The translations under genes and the position numbers were made by a program. Below the pieces are notes generated by a model. The model saw only the letters and a list, made by a program, of their open reading frames with translations. It made no database searches and had not been told where the DNA came from. Positions 33,250-46,186 of a stretch of 64,000 nt of DNA are shown piece by piece. How positions within the stretch are numbered: position 1 is the stretch's first letter; each line of letters begins with the position of its first letter. This DNA is from Macrostomum lignano (lineage: Eukaryota), in NCBI GenBank assembly GCA_002269645.1, contig NIVC01000630.1:1-64000 (forward strand), given 5' to 3'.

Positions 33250-33766
33250 GATTGTCTGTATCTGTCGATATTAAAAAAATGCTAATCTATTACTATTAAG
33301 TGAGTTCGAACAAACCGAACCAAATGCTGAAATCAGTAACAGGATACGATGCTCTGGAGTCCTTATAAAGCCAATCTGATTTCTCCTTCTTGCTGACTTT
33401 GTCAGCAAAGCACCGCACTTTACCGGCTTAACACGCGCATGCACAATAATTTATTCACTGACAGTCCACAAACTATAACAATTCTTGCCAAGTGGATTGA
33501 GGTGAATACAGGGGAGTGAAGGAACACGCCTTATGGTGAAGGAAGATGGGAGAGGAAGAGACCTGGGTAAGAGAAGGCTCAAGCCTGAGTAGCTCTATAA
33601 GGATAGCCTCAGACGAGAGAGACAGTTCTCTGCTTATAATTTGAGCTGCTGTGTGCAGCGCCGCGTTCGTATTCTTTGGCCAATCAAGTGCAAAGAAGTC
33701 TTTAACAGACTATACTGTATACCATTCATCGACTCTGCAGTCAACCAGTCTTAATCCATACGCTCT

Positions 33767-33768
<2 letters not shown>

Positions 33769-33855
<87 letters not shown>
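33769..33855. repeat. (CT)n microsatellite
   Basis: Lies between the divergently oriented nAChR and sortilin genes. Confidence 0.97.
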
Positions 33856-33860
<5 letters not shown>

Positions 33861-35070
33861 GAATAGTCTAGAGCCACTTCTCAGTATGCTCTCGTATTTA
33901 ACAATCAGCTCTTGGCATCGTCAGCCGCAATGTTTTTTCTTTACATATGCATGCTCTACTGGTCTGTCCATTCAATCCTTCCTTGTTCATTAACTTTTGA
34001 CTTATTTTCTTTTCATTGAAGAAAAAAGTTTATCAATTGTAGAAATGAGCATAAACTTATTAGGCTCTCTTTGTTGCTCCTTGCCCAAGACACCTTCTCT
34101 GCTCGGCTAAGATTGCGAGTCAACCTGATCGAGTGGCAGACTACTGATAGTACTAGCTGAGGGAAGCTAGAAGGGCTTAGAATGGGAATTATTAGGCTCT
34201 GCTGGTCCGGCCTCAACACTTAAGGAAGCGGCGCCTTCCGTCTCTGGCAGGCGGCGCACATTCCATCGTGCCCGTCTGCTGTCCCAAATTCAAACTCGGA
34301 TTTAGGGGCAGACTTGCATGCACAGCATACATGTACTATCTATACTCAGATATTCAGTGTTTTTCGCGGTCCCTGGGAAATTAATAAGCGCTTCCAGCTC
34401 TCTTTTTTGGCCCCCGGTGCCGAGAAGCCGCGTTGAAACCTTTTAAAACAATATAAAAATATAGAGGTCAGAGCTACCCGCTAATTCCCTGAGGGCACAA
34501 CGAGGGTTGGGGGCGAAAACATAAGATGTTTTTAAGCGAATTTTGGGGTGATATACATTAAATAATATTGTATAGTAGTCCGATGGATCAGTATTTCGAG
34601 AGGCAGAATGAATAAAATGCAACTAGAATGGAATGAAATACATACGATACAATAACTTTTCTGACTCTTCAACGGTTTAGATTAATTTTAAACTAGAAAC
34701 TTTTCAGATTGCTATTGAAAGCAAGAATTTTAATTGTAATTATATATAAGTTAACAAATTTGACTACCAGAATCCAGGAGAATTTCATTATAATGCATAA
34801 ACTTACGTTTAAAGCATCAAATATTTTGTTTGAATTACAAGTATATTAAACTATGAACTTATATCCAATTGGAAGTATGTATATTTAAAATGTCCAATTG
34901 TGGTCCTTAGCAACCTTGGGCTTGTTACAGCCATCTGGAACATATTTTTGTAACTTACATTGATACTACACGGCTTTGATTTCGTTAAATATTGATAATT
35001 AAGAAAAACTAGCCTTGACTCAGCACAAATATGACGTTAGCCAGTGCGCTTTTCATACATATTTTGCTAG

Positions 35071-38000
35071 GACTGTCGTTCATTGCTGCAACAGAAAGTA
35101 ACGCCTGCGAAAAACAACAATCTGACATATCTGTTCTTTTATCGGACTCAACAGCCAATAAAAAGTTTCTGTCTGAGGTATTTATTTGATATTTATTCTA
35201 CAATTATGTAATTTGTTCTACATAATATTACAGTTTATTCGCTTTTTAGGTTTGATCTCAAACTTAAATTAGCTAGTCATAGCTAAATTTAGAATTGGAT
35301 AAGTTATTTTTTAGTTGCTTCATTCCTAAAAATTCTGAGAGTTCTAAAACTCTGAAACTAGACGAGCCTTAAAATTACATTGCAATAAAACTTTTAAAAG
35401 TAAGCCAAACAAAAAGTTCAACATAAGCATTGATAATGTTAGTGTTTATTCTTTTAAAAGCAGCCTTTTTTAATTCTTTATTTAATAATTTTTATAAGAA
35501 TATTAAAGATTTAAATGCAAACTTTAGTTTCAACTGTTTGAAAAAATTAAAGTGCTAGAAAGTATTTAAGTATTTTAAATAAGTCTAGAAAATTATTACA
35601 ATTAGTATTCTGTGATTTTGCTTCTCTCGGATATATACAGATTAACACAAATTGAAATTCATTTGCTTGAAGCTTACTAATACTAATTTAAATATTATTG
35701 CAATTTTCCAAATTCCAAGTTCGTCTTTGCCAATGACAGCAAGCCTAAACTGCAAATCACCTGGGCAGGACCAAACAGCAAGGTATCTGGCAATTGGCTT
35801 ATCTAATATTTTTCATAAAACATTCTAATCAATCATATCTTTATCTGCTAATTTCAGACACTAATAGCGCTTACTTTAGTATCCTATGTTAACAACGTCA
35901 ACTCTGGCAGACGTGTACCGCAGCACAGACGATGGTCGCTCATTCAGCCGCATCAACAGCTCAGGTCAGCCCTGGGGTCCAGCCGTTGCAGCTGCTTACA
36001 CAGTATGGCCTTCAGCGAAACCCCGGCAACTCAAGCCAACTTTACCTCGCCTCCGCTGGCAGCACGGATGCCACTACTAACCTTCACATGTCCTTCGATA
36101 ATGGAGCAACTTGGCAGACAACTGTTCTACCATTCGCTCTCACTCAAGCTTTCATGTTTCACCAGACTCAAAAGGACTTGGCGCTGGCACATAGTGGCTC
36201 CACTCTGTTTTTGACTCGAGATGGTGGACTAAGTTGGACCCGGTTGAAGGATCAAGTGGTCAAAGTAAGAAATGAAAAACTGCTTTGAAGTTAAGTGGGA
36301 AAACGGAGCACTTATTTATTCCTGGGAGAGGAGACTTCTTTCACAGAGACTTCTGTCATAGAGACTTTCCGATAGAGAACGTTCCTGTCACAGTCAGACA
36401 CCCCACTGTGAGAGAGACTTTCCAACCAAGAACGTTCCTGTCACAGACACTCCACTGTCAGAGAGACTTTCCAATCAAGAAAGTTCCTGTCACAGACACG
36501 ATCCACTGTCAGAGAGACTTTCCAACCAAGAACGTTCCTGTCACAGACACGATCCACTGTCAGAGAGACTTTCCGATCGAGAACGTTCCTGTCACAGACA
36601 CGATCCACTGTCAGAGAGACTTTCCGATCGAGAACGTTCCTGTCACAGACACGATCCACTGTCAGAGAGACTTTCCAATCAAGAAAGTTCCTGTCACAGA
36701 CATTCCACTGTCAGTTCCGATCAAGAATGTTCCTGTCACAGACACTCCACTGTCAGTTCCGATCAAGAACGTTCCTGTCACAGACACTCCACTGTCAGTT
36801 CCGACCAAGAACGTTCCTGTCACAGACACTCCACTGTCAGTTCCGATCAAGAACGTTCCTGTCACAGACATTCCACTGTCAGTTCCGATCAAGAACGTTC
36901 CTGTCACAGACACTCCACTGTCAGTTCCGATCAAGAACGTTCCTGTCACAGACATTCCACTGTCAGTTCCGATCAAGAACGTTCCTGTCACAGACACTCC
37001 ACTGTCAGTTCCGATCAAGAACGTTCCTGTCACAGACATTCCACTGTCAGAGAGACTCTCAAATCAAAGACCAAACTGAAAATCCTAACCAATTTCAGGC
37101 TAGCTGGGGCTCAGCTACAGACCAGGCCAACTCAATCTACGCAGTAGTCGATCAGAGCATCTCCAGCGACAAAGCAGTGTCTCTGGGTCCGTTGTCCGCA
37201 ACTCCGGCCCAGCCGCACGGATACCGAAACCGTCTCGGTCTCTATTAAAAACAATCAACTTTGGGGATATTTGGCGGCCTCTGGCAGACAATATCTTTTC
37301 TTACGTTGGACGGGAAAATTTTCTGTTCTTATCGTTGGCCGATACGTACGGACTTTCGCGTCGATTGGCAGTGTCTACAGACTATGGAGCCAGCTTCCAC
37401 CGGACTAGCTTGCCAAGCATTTCGCCTGATAGCTTTGCCAGTCTCATGGACGTGGCTAACGGCCTGGCTTTCGTGTACGTGGACTCAGGACGGCTCAACG
37501 GCTATGGAACTTTGTACACCTCCGATGCAACCGGTCGGTTGTTCTCTAAATCGCTTGAACGACAATTTTATCCGCCAGGCGATGCAATTGGCGATTTCTA
37601 TCGGGTTGAATCTATGCCGGGCACTTACCTGACAACCGTGATGGACCCGGACCTGTCTCTGGTCACGAGGATCTCGCATAATCGCGGAGCCGATTGGATG
37701 AAGTTGCAGGCGCCGTCTGGAGAGTGTCTGCTTGGCGAGGGAGCGGGCAGCGGCTCGTGTCAGCTGCAGGTCAGTGCAGAATTTTCATGTAGAATATTGT
37801 TACTGTATTGGAGGTGCTAATTTTTAAATGGCCGTTCGTTTCTAGAGACGAATGTCTGCTTTAAGACTAGGGTAGCTAGATGAGGGTGATTGCTTATTTA
37901 GAAGAAGCTGGTGTGCCTTTTATTGGAAAATGGGCCAACTTTACCTGAGGTTTTCAAAGTACTAAATCACTTAAGCACGAAATTTATTTCCAAAAAAACT

Positions 38001-40044
38001 ATCTTGCAGCTGGTCTCGGCCCAGATGCCGGTCTCCTTGGCAACCGCTCCCGGCCTGTTGATTGCCCACGGCAACACAGGAGCATCCGTGCAAACTAGCT
38101 CGCCTAGCAACGTCTACCTTAGCAACAATGGTGGCCACACCTGGTCGAAAGTGTTGGAGGGGCCACATTTCGTACAGCTTGGCAACAATGGCGGCTTCAT
38201 TGCTGCGGTGGCTCACGGCAATAGCGGGCCTCAAGTGATGAAGTTTAGCACGGATGCTGGACGGTGCTGGCACAGCTACAAATTCACCTCAGAGGAATAC
38301 CGGTTAGAGAGATTGTTACAGTTATGAATATGATTCTGGGTTTGTCAAAACATGATTTAGCATGCTTTAGAACAGGTGACATGATATGAGAGAGGAAGAG
38401 GGAATAGAGAAGAGAGAGAAGACGAGATGAGAGGAGAGGAGAGAAAAGAGAGAAGAGGAGAGAGAGGAGAGAACTTAGAAGAGAGATGAGAAGAGACACA
38501 AACCAACTTCGCGGGCCGGAGTTTGCCGACCAGTGTTTTGGAACCTGTTTGCGGATATCTAACGTATCTAGAATCTGTCTAACATGTTATAGGTTCCGTT
38601 CAATAATTGCTAGGTCTAAGTCTTTTTCGAGCAACAGAGAGCCAAAGTTTCCTGCCTTCCAGCTTCACGGGATTCGTCAGCGAGCCGGGCAGCAGAGCGA
38701 CTTCGGTGGCCATCTGGGGGCTTTCGAGTCTGTCGCAGCACTGGCGAGTGTTCGTACTGGACTTTGCCGCCATCCTGACCAGGGAGTGCTCAGCCTCAGA
38801 CTATGAGCCTTGGCTAGCCAACGGGGCGTTGAGCTACTCCGAGAGCAGCAACAGCAGCAGCGGCAGCAGTGAAAGAGGCTGCGTATTCGGAGCCAAGCAG
38901 ACCATCATGAGACTGAAGCCGGACAGCCTGTGCGCCAATAACTACAGCTACACTCCCAGCCAGACTGCCGAGCCTTGCAACTGCACTAAAGCCGACTTCG
39001 GCTGCGAGTTCGGCTATAAAAGGGAATTCAGCGGACGCGATTGCGTCAGAGATCCCGGAGTGCCGGAGCTGGACGTCTGCACGGACGAGGACAGCGTGCA
39101 GCGGGTTCTTACCGACGGCTACAGGAAGCTGCCCGGCAACCTGTGCTCGGGCGGGTTCGCTCCCAATAGGACTGAGCAGACTGCTCTGCAGGTGAGAGCA
39201 GTAGGGTAGCTAAGTAGATTGGTAGGAATCAATAGAATTATAGATAGTCGGGTAAGTAGGTTGCTAATTAAAACAGATACATGATAACCAATCAGCCTAC
39301 CAGCCTACCTTTTTACCTATCTACCTACCCATTTACATATCTATCTACCAACTTATCTACCTACCTATCTACGAGTACATATCTACCTACCTATCTGTAC
39401 ATATTTACCTACCTATCTACCTATCTACCTATCTACCTACCTATCTACCTACCTACCTACCTACCTCGTACTACCTACCTGCCGTACTACCTACCTAACT
39501 ATACCTACTTATCTACCTATCTACCTACCTATCGATCTTTCTATCAATATACTTACCTACCCAGGGCAAGCGGTGCAGCGAGCTTCTCAAACGCCAGCGC
39601 GAACGCGCCGACGCCGCCGAGGCGACCAAATTGGCCGCGAGCTCAGAAGCGGCCGCTAAATTGGCCGCTCAATTGGCCAAAGCGGACGCGGAAGCCGAGG
39701 CCAACAACCGGCGTCGCCTAGTCGCCGTCCTGCTGCCCGTCAGCGCCATTCTGGGCGGCCTCGTCTGCGCCGTGCTGGCTCTGGTGCTGGCGGCGAAGCT
39801 GAGAGAACGACGGCGGCAACTGGCGGCCTTCCACTACTCGGCCGTGTCGGCGGCAGGTCGTTGCGAGGACGTCGAATCTTTGTCAAATTCGACAACGACG
39901 CCGGCACCGACCAGGAGCGGCGGCGGCGGCGGCGGCAGCAGGCGAGCCGATGATAAACAGCAGCTGCTGCTGAACCCACCGGAGGCTGAGGATGAAGGCG
40001 CGACCGCTGTGGATGCTGCACCGGAGGTTGGCGGCCTTGTTTGA
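35071..40044 (+). CDS. SORT1: Sortilin-like VPS10-domain receptor; 5' signal-peptide exon not located; three frameshifts as assembled
   Basis: Exons 35071-35177, 35720-35782, 35858-36264, 37099-37769, 38010-38302, 38663-39191, 39565-40044. Asp-box/BNR repeats (YRSTDDGRSF, SFDNGATW, STDYGASF, SHNRGADW, SNNGGHTW, STDAGRCW); 10CC region (CTKADFGCEFGY, GYRKLPGNLCSGG); TM helix; tail with YSAV and DKQQLL motifs. Frame breaks at ~35880, ~35960 and ~37190-37240. Confidence 0.88.
36330..37055. repeat. Intronic minisatellite with ~51-bp units followed by 42-bp units
   Basis: gttcctgtcacagac recurs at 36434, 36483 and 36534 (49-51 bp apart), then at 36729, 36771 and 36813 (42 bp apart). Confidence 0.93.
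39295..39560. repeat. (ACCT/ATCT)n degenerate microsatellite
   Basis: Lies in the last sortilin intron. Confidence 0.9.
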
Positions 40045-40089
40045 GTCATCCGAATAATTTCTGTAGACACATCATAAATTCCCATTGAA

Positions 40090-40615
40090 ATATCATTAAT
40101 CCCCCATAGACATATCATTAATCCCCCATATACATATCATTAATCCCCCATAGACATATAATTAATACCCCATAGACATATAATTAATCCCCCATAGACA
40201 TATCATTAATCCCCCATAGACATATCATTAATCCCCCATATACATATCATTAATCCCCCATAGACATATAATTAATACCCCATAGACATATAATTAATCC
40301 CCCATAGACATATCATTAATCCCCCATATACATATCATTAATCCCCCATAGACATATCATTAATCCCTCATAGACATATCATTAATACCCCATAGACGTA
40401 TCATTAATACCCCATAGACATATCATTAATCCCCCATAGACATATCATTAATCCCCCATAGACATATCATTAATCCCCCATAGATATATCATTAATCCCC
40501 CATAGAAATATCATTAATCCCCCATAGACATATCATTAATCCCCCATAGACATATCATTAATCCCCCATAGACATATCATTAATCCCCCATAGACATATC
40601 ATTAATCCCCATAGA
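40090..40615. repeat. 22-bp minisatellite (atatcattaatcccccatagac)n
   Basis: Begins ~45 bp after the sortilin stop codon. Confidence 0.95.
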
Positions 40616-41089
40616 CACAATATACTTAGTTTTTTATCGTTTTAAACGTCTTTAATAACCACTCCATCTAATTAAAAAAATAATTTATCGCAGGTAAATG
40701 CCTGAGCGACAAGGGAACTTCACCAGTTGCTAGCTTTGTGAGACTCGTATGGAGACTTTGTGCACTCTAAAACTTCTGATGTACTAAACAGTTGCGCAGA
40801 CTGAAATTTGCTTTCATTATTTTACACAATATTTTATTAGTTAGACTTGTACTTTATTCAGACATTTCTGTACAGAACATAAACTTTAATTTTTTACATT
40901 TGGCGTACTATTTAAACTTGGTCACGTTTTTGTATTTCGTATTTAATTGCCAATTTGTGTCTGAATCTCTTCCATTGAATATGTCAATTTTACATTCAAT
41001 ATTCCGTTTTTTTACTTTTACTCATAGTAGTATGTTGAAAAGTTTTGAAAAAAACTTTAAATGAATAGAAACCTATCAGACAAGATATA

Positions 41090-41612
41090 GGTACTTGTAG
41101 ACAGGATCTGAGGTACCTGTTAGACAGGATCTGAGGTACCTGTTAGACAGGATCTGAGATACCTGTTAGACAGGATCTGAGGTACCTGTTAGACAGGATC
41201 TGAGGTACCTGTTAGACAGGATCTGAGGTACCTGTTAGACAGGATCTGAGGTACCTGTTAGACAGGATCTGAGGTACCTGTTAGACAGGATCTGAGGTAC
41301 CTGTTAGACAGGATCTGAGGTACCTGTTAGACAGGATCTGAGGTACCTGTTAGACAGGATCTGAGGTACCTGTTAGACAGGATCTGAGGTACCTGTTAGA
41401 CAGGATCTGAGGTACCTGTTAGACAGGATCTGAGGTACCTGTTAGACAGGATCTGAGGTACTTGTTAGACAGGATCTGAGATACCTGTTAGACAGAATCT
41501 GAGGTACCTGTTAGACAGGATCTGAGATACCTGTTAGACAGAATCTGAGGTACCTGTTAGACAGGATCCGAGGTACTTGTTAGACAGGATCTGAGATACC
41601 TGTTAGACAGGA
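41090..41612. repeat. 23-bp minisatellite (gacaggatctgaggtacctgtta)n
   Basis: Direct observation. Confidence 0.96.
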
Positions 41613-42221
41613 TGTCAGTTCCTGTAACAGCATTTGATTACCTGTTAGTACCTAGAGGTTCAGCAAAATTACGATTATATCAAATCACAATTTTCAACAT
41701 TTTTCAAAATTTCGAAATATTACGCTCGCATTAAATATGATTTTCAACTCATTTTCAATTCAAATATGATTTTTGCTTACTTAACTCGCAGCATCGCCAC
41801 ACCAGCAGCCATTGCAACCTTCCTAATACGCCACTATTTTTTATAATCTTATACGCCACTCTTATACGCCACTATTTTTGTGATAAAACGATACCAAAAC
41901 ATGACAGAAAGTTTTTTGTGAACTTTTATAACAACAAACAGAAGAATGACAAGAATCTCAAGAATTTGCTGGTTTTTATTTTATTTAATTTGTTGAAGTA
42001 GATGAGAGAGAAACTAGAATTAATTTAAAGCTCTCAATCCAGCAAGCATTTAGGGGCACTTGAAATTAGAAATCTTTTCGGTGAGTAATGTCAGCCAAGT
42101 ATTTAGCTATGCTGTCAGAGCTTTAGCACTAGGTATGCTAGAGACGAAATGTATTTGTAGTTACATGTAACATTAAAAATTTAGGATATAGGACTGCATG
42201 GATGCTAAAAACAGAAGCAGG

Positions 42222-42320
42222 AACAACAACAACAACAAAAACAAAAACAACAACAACAACAACAAAAACAACAACAACAACAGGAACAACAACAACAACA
42301 ACAACAGGAACAACAACAAC

Positions 42321-42352
<32 letters not shown>

Positions 42353-42490
42353 CGCTATCAGGGTCTCGTCAGCGTCACAGAGCGCGCCTCTGGGCCAGGT
42401 CGCGTGCAGAAGGCCAGCGTGGGCCTTCAAGACCGGCAAGGAGCGAGTTTTCGATCAACGCGGCAATTTATCACCGCCGGAAACCGCGAG
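42222..42490 (-). mobile_element. 3' end of a non-LTR element with a (TTG)n tail
   Basis: tggcccagaggcgcgctctgtgac resembles tggcccagagacgcgctctctgac near the 3' end of the RTE-like copy at 61.3 kb; followed by (TTG)n at 42222-42352. Confidence 0.6.
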
Positions 42491-43139
42491 GATGTAAACT
42501 AAGATAGTGTAGAAAACAAACCGTAGGCTTATATTCATTACAGCAGTTGCGACGCAACTAATTTTGGCTGGTGCTGGCGCCCCCCCCCTTGGCGCCCCCG
42601 GTTGTTAATAACTTTTCTACTGTTGTCAGAGACCGACCAACAGGCTTTCAAATAGCATCCACTGAGCGAAAACGATAATTCACTAGCTGTTAAACTGCTT
42701 CAACTTCGACAGTGCATTTCCGACCAGTAGCCCCCCGCCAGTAGTAGGTAATAGGTAAGCATAAGTAGTCGGTTTGTTCTGGATCCTCACTTCACGTCCT
42801 ATTCCGCTGCATAAACTTATCTCCCCTTTCACTGGAAGCTTCTGACAAGTTTACACTTTTTAGTGGCCTTTGTCTCATCTATAGGTCTGTCGGTTTTTAC
42901 AGCAAAGTTTAAGTTCGCGAGTAATTGCAGAAGTTAAAATAATACCCAGTGAAGTTCTAAGCCCAATATATTCAACTCGCCAATCCAAGAGCAAGCGGAT
43001 AACCAATGGAGACGAGGCTCGCTAGGTAAAATTCAGCAAATACATTCCCAATATAAAAACTACTGCACAGGCCAAGGTAGAGCTATATCTGTACCTTTAT
43101 TAGAGATTTGCGAGAAATTTATAAGCTTATTGACGACAT

Positions 43140-44864
43140 ATGACTGCAGAAGAAGCTCAAAAACTGTTAGCCATATTTGACGCGGACGATTTGGCATCGC
43201 TGAAGAGGCTGCTGAGCAGCAGGGACTCTGCATCTGACCGGCTCAGCTTCCCTCACGCCGCCCACGACTTCATCCCGTGCTCCGCTGACGGAGCCGCATT
43301 CGCCCAGCTCCTGTCGCAGCACACGTCTCTCATCGAGCTGAGCTGCTGCAGCCTGGCTCCCGACTGCTTCCGCTACCTGCTCGAGACGACAAGCCAGCAA
43401 GTGATGAAGGATGCTGACTGCTGCCCAGTCCACTGCCTCATCGTCAAGCTGTGGATTGTGAATTGTGAGTCTCTCCAACAGCAGGCTGTGAGCTTTCTGC
43501 AGCAGTTGCACAGCAGCGATGAGCAGGTCTCTGAGCAGCTGTGCCAGCTGCTGGACAAGGAAGCGCTGGGACTGAATGCGCTGGAGCTGGCAGTGAACAG
43601 GCGGCAGTTCTCAGTGGCTCACTGGATTCTGCACTGCAGCAGCAGGTACTGCAGCAGCCTGATTGATGCAGGAGCAGTGAGACTGCGCTGTGTGGACCTC
43701 AGCGAGTACAGCTTCCCGAGGGGCGACAGGCGGGACACGAGTCCGCTGACGATGCTGGCCGACATGACGCGGGACGCGGAGCCGCTGGACGACTCGCTGA
43801 AGCGCTTCTGGGACTCCGACGTCATCGCGCGCTGGTCGGCTGAATTGCTCGCAACAAATCGGAAGGTTTTATTCTTTAACGCCAGTGTATCCTCCGTCCT
43901 TTGGTCTTTGTTGGCCCTCATCAGTGCTCCAACATTGTACAGGAACACCAACTCGGATGTTTGCAACAGCTCATGCAGCAACCTACGAGTTCTGAACGGC
44001 ATCACCAAGCCTCCCGGTCTGCAGCTGGTGTCCTTTATTTTTGCCTACCTTGTCATTGCAATGGTAATCGCCCGGATTTCGATTATTACCGTTGCGCGAT
44101 TCCGAATTCTAAACCTAGCGCGGCTAAAACATTCGAACACGTTGGTGGGAGTCGTGAAGACTGTCGCCTCTGACATCAAGTGGTTCTTCCCGATGGTTTG
44201 GGTGCTGGCGTCTCCGGCAGTGTTGGCGCTGTCTCTCTCCCTACCAACAGTGACGAGCTGCCACGAGAGAGACAGCCTGATTAACTCAACCGCAGTCAAC
44301 TTGACTGATAGTATATTCGGTCTACTGTTGGTGGTTTCCATGGTTCCAATTTTTAACGACCTTGGCCTAGTGAGCAGTCTGTTCTTCCAAATGTGGTGTC
44401 TGGTGGACCTGCTCGCTCCTTTTCTGTTCCTCATTGGCTTCATCACGATAAACTCAGCCTGGCTCTACTCCATCATCATACCGTGCGAGCCGAACTTCTA
44501 CGGAGCCAGCGGAAATTCAATAGCAAACATCTGGCTGGGTTTCTACAGAACCATCGTCGGGGGTTCGTTCTCTGCCGAGTCTCTGGGCAGAATGGGCCTG
44601 CTGTACCTAACAACCCACATGCTGTTCTCGCTGTTCTTCTTCAACGTGTTGATCGCCTTTCTGTCCGACCGCCTGGCGTTCGTGTCGCCCAACACCGCCT
44701 ACCTGATGCGGGCTCGGCAGCTGCAGATGCTGGCGATCTGGGGCGCGTTGCTCAACGGACTCATCGACCTGCGACGAAGGCTACTTTGCTCTCGGACTAC
44801 GGAAGTTCAGAGCAAGTCTGCTACGGCTCTGGAGTTGAGAATACCCCAGAAGCGATATCACTAG
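43140..44864 (+). CDS. Divergent intronless TRPV-like ion channel (574 aa)
   Basis: Ankyrin-like NALELAVNRRQFSVAHWIL. CVDLSEY…TSPLTMLA and EPLDDSLKRFWD…KVLFFN align with TRPV LYDLSCID…SVLEVIA and EPLNRLLQDKWD…IFYFN. Hydrophobic helices, pore helix SIANIWLGFYRTIVG, S6 FFFNVLIAFLSDRL and TRP-box-like YLMRAR. Confidence 0.78.
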   Translation: MTAEEAQKLLAIFDADDLASLKRLLSSRDSASDRLSFPHAAHDFIPCSADGAAFAQLLSQHTSLIELSCCSLAPDCFRYLLETTSQQVMKDADCCPVHCLIVKLWIVNCESLQQQAVSFLQQLHSSDEQVSEQLCQLLDKEALGLNALELAVNRRQFSVAHWILHCSSRYCSSLIDAGAVRLRCVDLSEYSFPRGDRRDTSPLTMLADMTRDAEPLDDSLKRFWDSDVIARWSAELLATNRKVLFFNASVSSVLWSLLALISAPTLYRNTNSDVCNSSCSNLRVLNGITKPPGLQLVSFIFAYLVIAMVIARISIITVARFRILNLARLKHSNTLVGVVKTVASDIKWFFPMVWVLASPAVLALSLSLPTVTSCHERDSLINSTAVNLTDSIFGLLLVVSMVPIFNDLGLVSSLFFQMWCLVDLLAPFLFLIGFITINSAWLYSIIIPCEPNFYGASGNSIANIWLGFYRTIVGGSFSAESLGRMGLLYLTTHMLFSLFFFNVLIAFLSDRLAFVSPNTAYLMRARQLQMLAIWGALLNGLIDLRRRLLCSRTTEVQSKSATALELRIPQKRYH

Positions 44865-45222
44865 GGCAAATTCAGTAGGGCCTTCTTGGGGTTATCAAAA
44901 TGACAACATTTGAGTCACTGCCCTAAATTTCAATGAATCATCAGCCTGGCATGGGTATACTAGAAATGGTTTTGTCAATTCAAACCACAAGTTTTGTCGT
45001 TTGTCTTTGCGACTGACTGAAGTACAGCTGAAATATACGATTTCTACCTCGGAATATCTCAGCTTATTTACTGACATCGATCAATCTGTCAATCATAAAA
45101 GACGTTGTTTCATTCTCATTGTAGTAACTTAATGGTACACTCTCAGTGGGCTAGATAAGACTTTGCTCATTTAAATTTACCAGCTGACGACGGTATAGGA
45201 CACAGTAAAAGGACATATATCT

Positions 45223-45490
45223 ACTCGGGATTGAGTCACTCGGGATAGAGACACTCGAGATTGAGTCCCTCGGGATTGAGTCACTCGGCATTGACTCACT
45301 CGGGATTGAGTCACTCCGGATGGAGGAGTGAGTCACTCGGGATTGAGTCACTCGGGATTGAGTCACTCGGGATGGAGTCACTCAGGAGTGAGTCACTCGG
45401 GATTGAGTCACTCGGGGTTGAGTCACTCGGGATTGAGTCACTCGGGATTGAGTCACTCGGCATTAAGTCACTCTGGCTTGAGTCACTCGC
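45223..45490. repeat. 15-bp minisatellite (ttgagtcactcggga)n containing ~13 TGA(G/C)TCA motifs
   Basis: Direct observation. Confidence 0.95.
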
Positions 45491-46186
45491 GATGGAATGA
45501 CAGAATGATGCGACAATAGGACAGAAGGAAAAGGTAGCTGTGGGAATAAATGTCAAGATGGGAGGACGAAAATTGTAAATTCCCGCAGTAACTTTTTTGT
45601 GCCATTATTTTACAGTTTGATTGGTTATAAATTAGTGCATTTAAAATATGCATTTGCTGATCTTTAGCTGTAAGCAATCTAATTTAGGTAGCTACAAGGG
45701 AGGACTGAGGAAAACACTCCAAACGTCAAAAGCAGAAAAATCAACAAATGAAGGTCTGTTGGTTCAGGGTAAACTGAATCGTATGTACACAACTAATGGA
45801 CGATAGCTAGATTAATCGCTAGTTTCAGTCAAACAATGGCAAATTTTGAGTATCCATCAGCAAGTCAACTTGCTGAATCAATAAAGCGCGTCCGGAGGGG
45901 GCAATGGCTTTTCCCCTCTTTACTCTTCCGTCTGGGCTAAGCATAGAAACGAATAGCCTGCTGTTTTTTGCAGAGCAGGAGCCCATAGTTGCAACACTGG
46001 TACCACACGGATTCTCGAAAGCCACTCCTGCGGGGAGGTCTTGGGCTCTGGCTGTCAATCTGACTTGGCGCCCTTGTCCCAAACCTGCAGCTGGCCTCCC
46101 GTCTCATGATCTTGCAGAGTGTGGGCTGGGGGCCCGCTGGAGCCTCGCCTTCACATTTTAGCTTCTCCATTCCAGCCTAATCTGCA

